A stretch of DNA of 47,470 nucleotides from IMG/VR virus record IMGVR_UViG_3300045988_167502; one strand, 5' to 3'. This DNA comes from a virus. This document shows positions 33,867 through 42,902 of the stretch, one piece after another. Each line of letters starts with the position of its first letter. Positions within the stretch are counted from its first letter, which is position 1. Below the pieces are notes generated by a model. The model had not been told where the DNA came from, did not search any database, and worked only from the letters and a program-made list of their open reading frames with translations. Made by a program: the position numbers and the translations under genes.

Positions 33867-34838
33867 TTAAAAAAGCACCCCGTTATCAGGTTCATTGCCA
33901 AATGCCTCACTTGGCGACGCTGCAGGTATGGCATTATTACTTCGCTCTTGTATTGGTTCTCTTGGTATATTCCCCATAGGCTTAGCCATTTGCCCTGTAA
34001 ATTCATCATAAAAGTAAATTGTAAAATCATTACTATCAACCATAAACTTAAACGAATCAAAAGGGTATCCACGTGTATATTGTGGGAGAACTTCCACGAT
34101 GTTTTTATCATTATCATCAACTTTTAATAAGAAAACAGTCTCTGCCTTCTTAGTTACCGCACTACCTAAGTGACCAGTGGCTTTGGTAACGCCATATGCT
34201 ACGTGAATAATTGTGCATATATGTATCTTATAATCGTCCGCCCATTTAATAAGTTTATGCACTATTTGGTTACTCCATTCAAGATTATTTACATCGTTCA
34301 TCAAGTCGGCTATACCATCAATAAACACTAATTTGACTTTCCCCTTAAATCGCTCCAATACTTTCTCTATGAACGCTACACGCTCTTCGGCAGATAGGTG
34401 ACATATTTTGAACGTTAAATACTGAGGATATATTGTGCCTACTATATCAGCAACAGATTTAAACGTACGCTGAGCATAGTATTCAGATTGCTCGGTGTCA
34501 AAGTCTAAGATATAATAATCTTCTCTACGATGTGAGTGTATGTTTGGGAATCTATAAGAAGCATTACCTCCAATATAGGTTGCACAAAGTTGCGTTTTGA
34601 AAAGCGTTTTTTTGCTTTTCGAAGGCGCAGCTATCACGCTAAAACTCCCCGCTGTCATTACAGTTGTAGGATAACAATTCCCCTTAAATTGGTGTTCTCC
34701 AATGCTGATGAGAGTTTCTGGCGGAGGTAAGGGTTTGTCAAGAGGAATGTATGCCCTTTCATATTCTCGTGCAAACCACAAATCGTCAAAGGGAGAAATC
34801 TCTATATCTTCTCTTACTTCTTCTAATTTCAATGGCAT
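33867..34838 (-). CDS. RecA-superfamily ATPase, putative replicative helicase or loader (AAA_25/RepA-like)
   Basis: Walker A APSKSKKT and Walker B KLVFIDGIAD. Confidence 0.45.
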   Translation of the reverse strand: MPLKLEEVREDIEISPFDDLWFAREYERAYIPLDKPLPPPETLISIGEHQFKGNCYPTTVMTAGSFSVIAAPSKSKKTLFKTQLCATYIGGNASYRFPNIHSHRREDYYILDFDTEQSEYYAQRTFKSVADIVGTIYPQYLTFKICHLSAEERVAFIEKVLERFKGKVKLVFIDGIADLMNDVNNLEWSNQIVHKLIKWADDYKIHICTIIHVAYGVTKATGHLGSAVTKKAETVFLLKVDDNDKNIVEVLPQYTRGYPFDSFKFMVDSNDFTIYFYDEFTGQMAKPMGNIPREPIQERSNNAIPAASPSEAFGNEPDNGVLF

Positions 34839-35413
34839 AGTAGTGACAGTTTAGTTATTTCTGATTTGATGAAATATTCTATATCCTCTTGTTTATATTC
34901 CTTAGTAAGTGCTGTTATTGCGTCTTTCATTTTCTCGTCAATAATTTTTCCCCTCTCCTTGATAACTCTCGTAATATCATCTGGACGGTATTCATCTTTC
35001 AAACTTGTGCTTTCCTCTGCGGGTGTTTTGTTTGCTTCGGCTATCCTTTTTGCTTCACGAAGTCCCCGTTCATAATCCTTATACGCCACCTCATAACGAA
35101 GCATTTTACTCTCGAAAGCAATATCATCAATCCACCATTCAAGAGGCTTCTGTATAACTTCGTATATATGTCCCAAGATAGTATTCGCTGTTATATTCTC
35201 ACCTTCTTGTTGTGCAAATCTGAAGCGCGCAAGAAATATATAACAAAATAGCCTTGACAAAAGGGGGTATTTATCAGTTTGATATTCCTGAGTGGTTCTC
35301 AAGAACTTCACAACTGAGTTATACGCCTCTTTATCGTCAATATTTCCCTTTCGCTTTACTAAATATGACAATCTTCGCATTGCCACATCTACATCTAATA
35401 AATTTTTAGCCAT
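34829..35413 (-). CDS. hypothetical protein
   Basis: 194-aa ORF. Confidence 0.5.
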   Translation of the reverse strand: MAKNLLDVDVAMRRLSYLVKRKGNIDDKEAYNSVVKFLRTTQEYQTDKYPLLSRLFCYIFLARFRFAQQEGENITANTILGHIYEVIQKPLEWWIDDIAFESKMLRYEVAYKDYERGLREAKRIAEANKTPAEESTSLKDEYRPDDITRVIKERGKIIDEKMKDAITALTKEYKQEDIEYFIKSEITKLSLLCH

Positions 35414-35443
35414 TGCTTTTTTTTCTTTTAGTTGTTAGTTAAA

Positions 35444-36262
35444 TCACAAATCTCCAATATTACGCACCACCCCCGATTTGCCACCCTTCTGCCCCTTCTG
35501 TGGGGTTTCTGTATAGAGTTGGGTATCTGTTAGTCCGGCATTATAAAACGTGCTAAAATGGTCAGGCTCTAACATTTTATCAGGAGATAGTGTGAATTGC
35601 GGGTAAATCTGCTTCTGAATGAACACGCCTTTTATTGCTAAATCGATTTCTCCTTGCGTGTAGTTCTTAGCAACTTCGATGAGATTCATCTTAGCATTCC
35701 CTAATATCACCACATTGCCTATTGCGCCAACATTATAATGTCGCTTAGCGTCATTCCAACGTTTAGCGAGCCACGCTGCCAGCGCTATGGTATCTCCTTT
35801 AAAATCGTCATAGGCTTTTAAAGTCGATTTTGCCTCTTTCGGTTTTTCCTCGTGCGTGTGCGTGTTTGTTTGTTTGTTTATATTATTATAAACATTATCA
35901 TTATCATTATCATTAGGGTTATCTTCGGTTATGTTGGGTAATGTTGGGTTATCTTCGGTTATCTTTGGGTTATCTTTTTTCTCGTAATAAGGATTAGATT
36001 TTCCTTTCGCAAAATTCGGATTACCTCCCTTCTTCCCATTCTCTTTATTAACCGCTAATTTCTTTTGATAACTTTCAGAAAACGCATCTAAATCTAATTT
36101 GATAAATTCAAAAGCCATTTCAACTTTATCGTCTGTTGAGCCTGCATTTGCCCCGTTCTCCACATATTCGAATAACATTTTGAAAAGAACGCCTGCCTGC
36201 TTGTCGGACAATTTATTGACCACACTTCCGTATTTAGTCTTTAGAATAAATGTATCTTTCAT
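35444..36262 (-). CDS. putative replication initiator/organiser with internal iterons
   Basis: The N-terminus KLSDKQAGVLFKMLFEYVENG resembles DUF6291-type phage replication proteins. The central low-complexity ITEDNP repeats are encoded by DNA iterons. Confidence 0.35.
   Translation of the reverse strand: MKDTFILKTKYGSVVNKLSDKQAGVLFKMLFEYVENGANAGSTDDKVEMAFEFIKLDLDAFSESYQKKLAVNKENGKKGGNPNFAKGKSNPYYEKKDNPKITEDNPTLPNITEDNPNDNDNDNVYNNINKQTNTHTHEEKPKEAKSTLKAYDDFKGDTIALAAWLAKRWNDAKRHYNVGAIGNVVILGNAKMNLIEVAKNYTQGEIDLAIKGVFIQKQIYPQFTLSPDKMLEPDHFSTFYNAGLTDTQLYTETPQKGQKGGKSGVVRNIGDL
35916..35976. repeat. iteron-like repeats: GGGTTATCTTCGGTTAT x2 (35916, 35946), GGGTTATCTT (35967), GGGTAAT (35936)
   Basis: Direct repeats next to the AT-rich (ATCATT)3 tract at 35897..35914 and a GT-rich tract at 35861..35880. 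Confidence 0.5.
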
Positions 36263-36282
36263 AGTTGCATATTTATTAGTTT

Positions 36283-36319
36283 AAAAAACACCCCCTCACC
36301 CTCGACAAGCAAGGGGGTG
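36283..36319 (-). terminator. rho-independent terminator after the amino-MTase gene
   Basis: CACCCCCT/AGGGGGTG stem. An A6 run on the plus strand gives the U-tract. Confidence 0.65.
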
Positions 36320-36335
36320 AAAAATGAATGAGTTA

Positions 36336-37211
36336 TTAGAATAACGTTGTTTGATTAAGATCATCAATCATTCGTTTCAAGTTTCTTTGCATTTGGTTGT
36401 AATATGAGGGTTTTAATTCTATCCCTATAAAGTTGCGTTTTAGTCTCAAACTCTCGTGTCCTTCACTGCCTATGCCACCAAATGGACTTAATACTGTTTC
36501 ACCCTCATTACTCCATAAGTGCAAACAACGTCTAATCGTCTCCAATTGTAACGGACAAATATGCTTTTCGTCCTTCTCATCACGAGCACTGGTGTATTGC
36601 AAGGTATCGGAGTAATTGATGTCATACCATACTGGCTCGGCATACTTTTGCCATAAAGTTACGGGGAGGTAATTCTCTTGTTTCTCATCAGTATCTTGGT
36701 GTGTGATCGGTACAAGATTATCACCTGCATTGCGAAATACTAAGATATAATCAGGAATACCCGTGCGAGACATACTACTGTCTTTTTTGATCGTTTTATG
36801 AAGCAACCCGATAGACTTGGTGCGGGTCATCTCTACCACTGGGCTTTTCCAAATTGTTATTCTATCGTGGTAAATAAACCCCTCTTTTTGGAATGATTGA
36901 ATGATCATTCCTGAAAAGTCTTTAAGACCTATATACCCATCTTTGCTTTTCATTGCCGGTAAGTCCATACAATGTACGGCTACCAATCGCCCGCTCTTTA
37001 CTACCCTTGCTAATTCTTTTACAAGGAATTGAAAATGTACAAAGAACTCTTCGTAATCTTGGCAGTTACCCATATCACGAATATCATCTGAATAAACGTA
37101 CAACTCGGCAAATGGGGGACTGAATATTGAGAAATCTATACTATCAGTAGGGAGTTTTGCTACCTCCTCTACGCAATCGCCGTGTATGGCTCTGAATGTA
37201 GGTGTTTGCAT
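36336..37211 (-). CDS. DNA N6-adenine/N4-cytosine methyltransferase (beta class)
   Basis: SPPF (motif IV) near the N-terminus and SPFGGIGSEG (motif I) near the C-terminus. Confidence 0.8.
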   Translation of the reverse strand: MQTPTFRAIHGDCVEEVAKLPTDSIDFSIFSPPFAELYVYSDDIRDMGNCQDYEEFFVHFQFLVKELARVVKSGRLVAVHCMDLPAMKSKDGYIGLKDFSGMIIQSFQKEGFIYHDRITIWKSPVVEMTRTKSIGLLHKTIKKDSSMSRTGIPDYILVFRNAGDNLVPITHQDTDEKQENYLPVTLWQKYAEPVWYDINYSDTLQYTSARDEKDEKHICPLQLETIRRCLHLWSNEGETVLSPFGGIGSEGHESLRLKRNFIGIELKPSYYNQMQRNLKRMIDDLNQTTLF

Positions 37212-38509
37212 ACTTCTTGGTTTTTAATCATTAATTTTTGCATTTGTTTGAATTGTGTCTCCTTCTCTCTTATCGTGCTCATAACGTTCTGCATTGTGTC
37301 GGTAGTGATGATATTCACTGTTACATCACCTTTTTTTCCAAAACGATGTGATCGTCTTACTGCTTGGTAAAAGCCTTCAAATGAGAAGTCAGGGCTCATA
37401 AAAGTTTGATGCAGGCAGTGCTGAAAGTTTAGCCCGTATTTTGCTATCTGCGGTTTTGTTACTAATACTCTGTATTTACCGTCTACAAAATCTAACAGCT
37501 TTTGCGCTTTATCCTCTGGGGTATCACTTCCTGATACTTCTACTGCTCCACGAATACCAGCTGTTACTTCCTTACTTTCGTCATTATGTTTCACCCATAC
37601 GATATGAGGATCATCATCGGCATTAGCAATCTCAATAGCCTTAGCGATACGTTGTTCTTTGGTGCGCCTCAACTCTTTGTTAAAATCAGTAGCCGACACT
37701 GCCATATCGGGGAATAACAAACCATTGCTGAAATCATTTTGTGTAATAATTTGGTGTTCCTTGTAAATCACATCTGATAAATCATACCCTTGCATTGGGT
37801 AACCTATATCAGCAGGGTTGGTAAGCATTATCGCCCAACTCGATACGAACTGGTAGAACTTCTCTACTGCGTGTCCTTTTAGTCGCCATTTGCTCGTGTG
37901 ATCTTGATCGTTGATGAAGTAAGTAGCAAGCATTCCTAATCTACTTTGATAACCCAAAAACTCTGAATGGTTTGCCAGCTCCATAGGATCGTTAGGCGAA
38001 GGTGTTGCGGTAAACGCAAACTTATAAGGAGTATTGTGGAAATACTCAAATAGTTGCTTTTTGATTTGCCCTTCAAAGTTTTTCATTATCGAACTTTCAT
38101 CGACGATCAGCCCTGCATACTCTTGTGGGTTGATGTTGTGTAAATTCTCAAAATTGGTGATCGTTACCTTATCAAGGTCAAAACCAAACTTTTCTGCTTC
38201 CCTTTTGGTTTGTGCTACCACTACCAAAGGGGCAATGATTAACACGGGCTTATTAGTGTGCCTTACGATTTGGCTCGCTGTTTCAAGTTCCATTACTGTC
38301 TTACCCAGACCGCAATCAGCAAATACAGCGTGTTTGCCTTTCATAATGTTTTGGGCAACGATATACTGCTGAAAGGGAAATAGTTTAGGGTTCATCGGTA
38401 GTGGGGTAAATCCCTTATGCTCCTTTGCCTTTTGCTTTTGTTGCAAAAATTTCTGATATTCATTCATTTTTGATTTGAAATTAGAGATTTGATAAAGATT
38501 TATGCGCAC
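37169..38509 (-). CDS. SNF2/DEAD-like helicase
   Basis: GLGKT, DESS and QAVRRSHRFGKKG motifs. The track start is GTG; the first ATG is at 38467. Confidence 0.8.
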   Translation of the reverse strand: MRINLYQISNFKSKMNEYQKFLQQKQKAKEHKGFTPLPMNPKLFPFQQYIVAQNIMKGKHAVFADCGLGKTVMELETASQIVRHTNKPVLIIAPLVVVAQTKREAEKFGFDLDKVTITNFENLHNINPQEYAGLIVDESSIMKNFEGQIKKQLFEYFHNTPYKFAFTATPSPNDPMELANHSEFLGYQSRLGMLATYFINDQDHTSKWRLKGHAVEKFYQFVSSWAIMLTNPADIGYPMQGYDLSDVIYKEHQIITQNDFSNGLLFPDMAVSATDFNKELRRTKEQRIAKAIEIANADDDPHIVWVKHNDESKEVTAGIRGAVEVSGSDTPEDKAQKLLDFVDGKYRVLVTKPQIAKYGLNFQHCLHQTFMSPDFSFEGFYQAVRRSHRFGKKGDVTVNIITTDTMQNVMSTIREKETQFKQMQKLMIKNQEVCKHLHSEPYTAIA

Positions 38510-38536
38510 TCAATCTCCTTCAAATCAGGTTGTTAA

Positions 38537-39016
38537 TTATTGTTTTAGTAATTCGGGGTTGTCGTGAATGTTTCCGATTACTTTTATTTCTTCTCTATCT
38601 ATATCCATTTCAGAAAGACTTATTAAACCATCTCTTGTACCCTTTTTCTTTATATAAAGTCTACAAAATCCAGCAAAACATTCAGAGTATACAATCTTAA
38701 ATCTATGACTACTAATTATATTATTTACTGCTTTTTCAACGATATCACCTTCATAGATTTCTTTGCCATCTATATCATACAGTCCTGTAAATTGTCCTAA
38801 TGTTTCCTCTTGAATATCTAACACTCTTACATTATAATTATTCTGAAATAGGAATTCAGGATTGTTGGGGTCATCTCCTTTTTTTGTACTTATAAAATGT
38901 GATATAGAAGGGCTGTTGTATTCAGGGTCTACATATATACCTGTTACATAATCTCCATATACCCACTCACTACCCATTGCAGGGTGTAATTTTGCTCTAA
39001 ATTTGATTGTTCTCAT
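38537..39016 (-). CDS. YopX family protein
   Basis: N-terminal IKFRAK...WVYGDY and C-terminal VIGNIHDNPELL. Confidence 0.7.
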   Translation of the reverse strand: MRTIKFRAKLHPAMGSEWVYGDYVTGIYVDPEYNSPSISHFISTKKGDDPNNPEFLFQNNYNVRVLDIQEETLGQFTGLYDIDGKEIYEGDIVEKAVNNIISSHRFKIVYSECFAGFCRLYIKKKGTRDGLISLSEMDIDREEIKVIGNIHDNPELLKQ

Positions 39017-39037
39017 TACTTTTTGATTTTAAATTTA

Positions 39038-39082
39038 GCCCCCGCTCACGGCTCGAACGTGAGTGCTTGCCTATCGGGGTGC
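39038..39082 (-). ncRNA. truncated tRNA-like element (acceptor-like stem plus T arm, no D or anticodon arm)
   Basis: GC(A)CCCCG-ATAGGCAAGCA-CTCACG-TTCGAGC-CGTGAG-CGGGGGC. The T loop matches the TTCRANN consensus with a G53:C61 pair. Confidence 0.4.
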
Positions 39083-39105
39083 ACGATGGCTACATTACAA
39101 TTCTT

Positions 39106-39828
39106 TTATATTGTTTTAAGAAACTTATTAACAAAATAAACTTGCCCCTTACCCGTTACCTTAGGTGTAATTGTGGTGTGCATTACGCCACCATTACCTG
39201 AGCGTGTACCTTTCTTTAATTCAAATAGTCCTTGCTCAATGTATTGTTGATTAGGAATATTGTAGTACTCACCTCGTGTACCTAAGTAGTGGTTTTCTCG
39301 TAACCATTTAAATAACCTCTTTTCTCCTATCTCATAGCCTTTTTGAGTTATGAGTTTTGCCAATTCACCAATAAGGCAAGACGATTGAGAGCCTATTACT
39401 GTATCGGCAAATAATACCTTAGGTGCTTGTGCTTGCAGTTGCTTTTGTTGTGCTTCTATCTTCTCTGCTTGTTCGGCTGCTAATCGCAATGCTTCTGAAA
39501 ATGATTGGGGAATTTGTTGGTGCGCTTGTTCTTTTGCCTCCAATTCTGCCCAACGGCGATTTACTTTAATACGCAACTCGGCACTATATCCTGTCATTAG
39601 GTCGAATGTTTGCATTTTGGTAAGGCGGTACTCTCGGTGTTGTTGGTTACCCGTGTTTGGGTGGGTATAATACCCCTCCCCAATTTTGGGGAAGCCCATT
39701 TTTTCGTAATTTTCATTAAGAGCGTCACAATCTCTTAATACGTGGTCGTGTCTTTTGCCTGTTAGGTCGGCAATCTCACGGCTTGACATTGTTTGTCCCA
39801 TTTTGTTAATTGTTGTTATTTCGTACAT
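39106..39828 (-). CDS. Rha-family regulatory protein with KilA-C (antirepressor) domain
   Basis: SSREIADLTGKRHDHVLRD (pRha-like) and APKVLFADTV...ELAKLITQKGYEIG (KilA-C-like). Confidence 0.7.
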   Translation of the reverse strand: MYEITTINKMGQTMSSREIADLTGKRHDHVLRDCDALNENYEKMGFPKIGEGYYTHPNTGNQQHREYRLTKMQTFDLMTGYSAELRIKVNRRWAELEAKEQAHQQIPQSFSEALRLAAEQAEKIEAQQKQLQAQAPKVLFADTVIGSQSSCLIGELAKLITQKGYEIGEKRLFKWLRENHYLGTRGEYYNIPNQQYIEQGLFELKKGTRSGNGGVMHTTITPKVTGKGQVYFVNKFLKTI

Positions 39829-39839
39829 ATTTCAATTTT

Positions 39840-40283
39840 TTAATAATATTTTCCTTGTAAATTATTCACTTGCTTTTCTATCTCATTGAGATACACCAAA
39901 TCATCAGGCGTTGGTAGGTATATACCCGCTTCCTTGCTGGCATAATCTCTGAAATTATCAATGGCGGTTGTCATCTCCTTCGTGTCCAAACTTGCTGTAC
40001 TTCGCCACGCTTCACGTATCTCACCAGTTTTACAGTTAGCATATTCAGTTCTGAATATCTGAGGGTTTACAATTTTCTTGAACATCTCTTGCTTAACATA
40101 TTCGGGAGTCTCGCCATATTCTAATGCAAACCACGCAAAGAGGAGGTGTATGTAATTATTCTGTGAGTAGGTGCGTTTAGGCTTCTTTTCGGTGATTTCA
40201 AAAGTCTTTTTCTTCTCAATAAGATACCCTAATCGCTCTTTTGCTCTTTGTATATCAAACTCGTTGCTTGCGTTGAAAATCAT
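39840..40283 (-). CDS. NinB/Orf-like recombination mediator (tentative)
   Basis: The RTYSQNNYIHLLFAWFA motif is reminiscent of NinB. Adjacent to the SSB and recombinase genes. Confidence 0.3.
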   Translation of the reverse strand: MIFNASNEFDIQRAKERLGYLIEKKKTFEITEKKPKRTYSQNNYIHLLFAWFALEYGETPEYVKQEMFKKIVNPQIFRTEYANCKTGEIREAWRSTASLDTKEMTTAIDNFRDYASKEAGIYLPTPDDLVYLNEIEKQVNNLQGKYY

Positions 40284-40298
40284 ACTTTATTGTCTTTG

Positions 40299-40347
40299 AA
40301 AGCAAGGCAGGACTCGAACCTGCTACTATCCCGATTGATACTTGCTT
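40299..40347 (-). ncRNA. truncated tRNA-like element (7-bp acceptor stem, mini-hairpin, T arm)
   Basis: AAGCAAG-TATCAATCGGGATAGTA-GCAGG-TTCGAGT-CCTGC-CTTGCTT-T. Confidence 0.4.
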
Positions 40348-40358
40348 TTTGTTTTACC

Positions 40359-40820
40359 TTAAAAGGGCATTCCGTCATCTTCTTGTGCCGGTGCTTGTCC
40401 CATATTATTAAACATTTGCCCCTGCTGATATTGCGGTTGCCCTTGTTGCGTTACTTGCGCTGGGGGTGTATATCCCTGTGGTGCTTGTGCGTAACCTTGT
40501 GGTGCTTGCTGGTACTGTTGTGTTTGTTGCGCTACATTCGTAGTTTGAATAAGTTCAATTTTCCAACCTACAACCGTATTGAAGTACTTAATATCTCCTT
40601 GCTGACTTATCCATTCACGACCTTGCAGGTTAAAGTGTATCTTAACTATTTGACCTATACGCAAGTTGTCTAACAATGCGCAATTGCCTTGTGCAAATTG
40701 AATGATAATATCTTGTGGATATTGCCCATCGGTGGTGATAACCAAATCACGCTTTTGAAAGCCATTTTGTCCTACTGTTTCAGTAGCAAATATTACTTTA
40801 ATTTGTCCTTGTATTTCCAT
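40359..40820 (-). CDS. SSB-like OB-fold protein (DUF3127-like)
   Basis: Q/P-rich linker and an acidic tail EDDGMPF like SSB C-termini. Confidence 0.55.
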   Translation of the reverse strand: MEIQGQIKVIFATETVGQNGFQKRDLVITTDGQYPQDIIIQFAQGNCALLDNLRIGQIVKIHFNLQGREWISQQGDIKYFNTVVGWKIELIQTTNVAQQTQQYQQAPQGYAQAPQGYTPPAQVTQQGQPQYQQGQMFNNMGQAPAQEDDGMPF

Positions 40821-41199
40821 TATTTTTTAATTTAAATTCAATTCCTTCAGATTTATAATCACATAATTTGTAAACAATGGCGAGTAAATCGTATAGTTTT
40901 TGATTTATCTGCTTCTTTTCTACTTCCTCTGGTAAAAACATTCTTTCAAAAATTTCAAGCAGACGAGCTTCCTCATAAGTGGCAGATATGTTATTTTTAC
41001 CCTTTATCTCATACCCTTCATAACCTTTCCACTTGTCGTTAAAAACAATAGGTCTTTCGTGGTCTAATTCTCTTATCTTTACAATAGAGTGCCTTATTCT
41101 CATCCTATCATCTATGGAAATTCCTTTGTCTTTCAGAAATTCCATTATCTCGGATAGAATTTTATTTTTTTTAGTTTCTCTTTCTTTTGCTGTGTCCAT
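40798..41199 (-). CDS. hypothetical protein
   Basis: 133-aa ORF. Confidence 0.5.
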   Translation of the reverse strand: MDTAKERETKKNKILSEIMEFLKDKGISIDDRMRIRHSIVKIRELDHERPIVFNDKWKGYEGYEIKGKNNISATYEEARLLEIFERMFLPEEVEKKQINQKLYDLLAIVYKLCDYKSEGIEFKLKNNGNTRTN

Positions 41200-41233
41200 A
41201 TTCCATATATTTTACTTATAAAAACTTCTACTT

Positions 41234-42001
41234 TTATGCAGTTTGTTCATTAAATATTTTCTTGTCAGTAATGAGTTCTCTGTTACCTTCCAAAAACTCA
41301 ATGAACCGCTCGCATACCTCCCTTAATTGTGGTATATCTAACTTAGGCATATAAGCGTAATTCTCTTTATACACACTCTTAAAATCGGTGACTAAATATT
41401 CAAAATCGGTCATCTCAATACCTTGCTGATTTAAGCAGTAAGGATATACTATGTGTTGCCAATTGTTGCGGTACTTGAAAGCATTGTATTTGCCTGTTGT
41501 CTTTAAATCGACAATCTTGAATGGCAGTAAGTAGTCTAAGTACCCGTACAAAAAGACTTCACCATATTGAGTACTAATAGTTCCTTCTACTCGGTATTGA
41601 GTAAGCGCATTATCCTCTTTCAAAGGAGTTGCTATACTCTTAGCAAGTTCCTTTGAAAAAGCGAACTGCCTGCCATTGATTATTGCCATTATTACCTCGC
41701 CCTCGCTGTGAATATCTATCTTAGTGGTCTTGCGCCCCTCAACTATGCAATCTATCACCTCATTGAATGCTGTTCCCTTGTCAGCGGCTTCACTCTCGAA
41801 TGGCACTCTATTAATACGGTTAATGAGTTCTTGGAAGGCTTGACGCTCGTACTCCTCCTCTGTCAGCGTTGGGGCTTCTGATGAGCCCCAAAACTGCTGA
41901 TAGATTACCGATGAATTAAGGTAGTTCGTAAAACTATCCAACAACGTAGGATATATGTTATACTGCTTCATACTGCTTGCTTTCTTTGTTGAATTTCGCA
42001 T
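41234..42001 (-). CDS. PD-(D/E)XK nuclease (Cas4/RecB-like exonuclease)
   Basis: YGYLDYL...KIVDLKTT motif. Overlaps the ATPase gene. Confidence 0.55.
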   Translation of the reverse strand: MRNSTKKASSMKQYNIYPTLLDSFTNYLNSSVIYQQFWGSSEAPTLTEEEYERQAFQELINRINRVPFESEAADKGTAFNEVIDCIVEGRKTTKIDIHSEGEVIMAIINGRQFAFSKELAKSIATPLKEDNALTQYRVEGTISTQYGEVFLYGYLDYLLPFKIVDLKTTGKYNAFKYRNNWQHIVYPYCLNQQGIEMTDFEYLVTDFKSVYKENYAYMPKLDIPQLREVCERFIEFLEGNRELITDKKIFNEQTA

Positions 42002-42902
42002 TCAAAGTCGCCGCTTTCTCATTGAGTTTGCGGCCCGCCACTATCTTAGAGTTGCCGATATGTTGCCACTCCTGTATTCGTTGAGCAGTTTCATTAAGGC
42101 TGTCTATATCTGTGATAACCGCTATATTGTCGTCAATCTCTTTAATGAGCTTTTGGTATGCTTCATTAGCCTTGCGGTGTTGTTCTAACCTCGCATTATA
42201 CGCCTCAATTACGTGCGTTGTGAAGAAGTCGTTAGGTGCGGTAGGGTTGCCCTGCTCATCGATGATAGTAGGTATCTTGAACAACGGAGGTAAGTTGCAC
42301 GAGTTCTTACCGTCATTACGTGAGGTAGGGTCAAAGGTGATAGTACGCTCACGCCCTTGCGCTTCTACATACCCTACAAGGTCTAACTCTGTCACAAGGT
42401 TGTCATAGTTTGTGCCTCCGAATTGAGGAATGTAGCGAGTGTCGTCGCCTTCTGTTTTTGTTTCCCTATGAGCGACGAATACCACGTGCTTGTTCATTAT
42501 GCTAATACGTTTTACAAGTGCTGAAAACATCATCTTACGTTCTCCAAAGCCTTGTAGTGTTAGCATACCATTTGCTTTTCCCATTTTGGGGTTATTCTTA
42601 ATGATATACTCGCCCATAAAGTCTAACATCTTTCCTCCTGTATCAATAACAAAGGTTTCATAAGGAGTTAGATTTTCATTCACAAGCACGTCCAAGAAGT
42701 CTTGATAAGAGCGATTCTGTACAGTGTCCACATCTTGTAAGTGTGCAAAGTTCACACGGTGCACTCCATTGTCAAAGTCAAAAAGTAATGGCTTTGGTGA
42801 TGATAGCGCAAGGGTAGTCTTCCCTGTTCCAGCTTGCCCATAGATAAGGGCTTTAATTTTAGTCTGAATTGTAAGCTCGTTCGCTTTTTTTATTAAACTC
42901 AT
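41958..42902 (-). CDS. AAA_24/Sak4-like recombination ATPase
   Basis: Walker A GQAGTGKTT and synteny with the nuclease and SSB genes. Confidence 0.65.
   Translation of the reverse strand: MSLIKKANELTIQTKIKALIYGQAGTGKTTLALSSPKPLLFDFDNGVHRVNFAHLQDVDTVQNRSYQDFLDVLVNENLTPYETFVIDTGGKMLDFMGEYIIKNNPKMGKANGMLTLQGFGERKMMFSALVKRISIMNKHVVFVAHRETKTEGDDTRYIPQFGGTNYDNLVTELDLVGYVEAQGRERTITFDPTSRNDGKNSCNLPPLFKIPTIIDEQGNPTAPNDFFTTHVIEAYNARLEQHRKANEAYQKLIKEIDDNIAVITDIDSLNETAQRIQEWQHIGNSKIVAGRKLNEKAATLNAKFNKESKQYEAV

Noticed and set aside
33851-34120. 89-aa minus-strand ORF overlapping the 3' end of the ATPase gene.
   Set aside because: It is an alternative frame inside a 323-aa ORF that has Walker motifs, and it would overlap that ORF almost completely.
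40420-40520. Short tandem-like DNA repeats (GTGGTGCTTG...) in the SSB-like gene.
   Set aside because: They encode the repetitive QAPQGY linker typical of SSB tails. They are coding low complexity, not a regulatory or CRISPR-like repeat.
40248-40673. 141-aa plus-strand ORF antisense to the SSB-like gene and crossing the tRNA-like element.
   Set aside because: It is a shadow of the Q/P-rich SSB linker (Leu/Cys/Arg-rich product) with no promoter.
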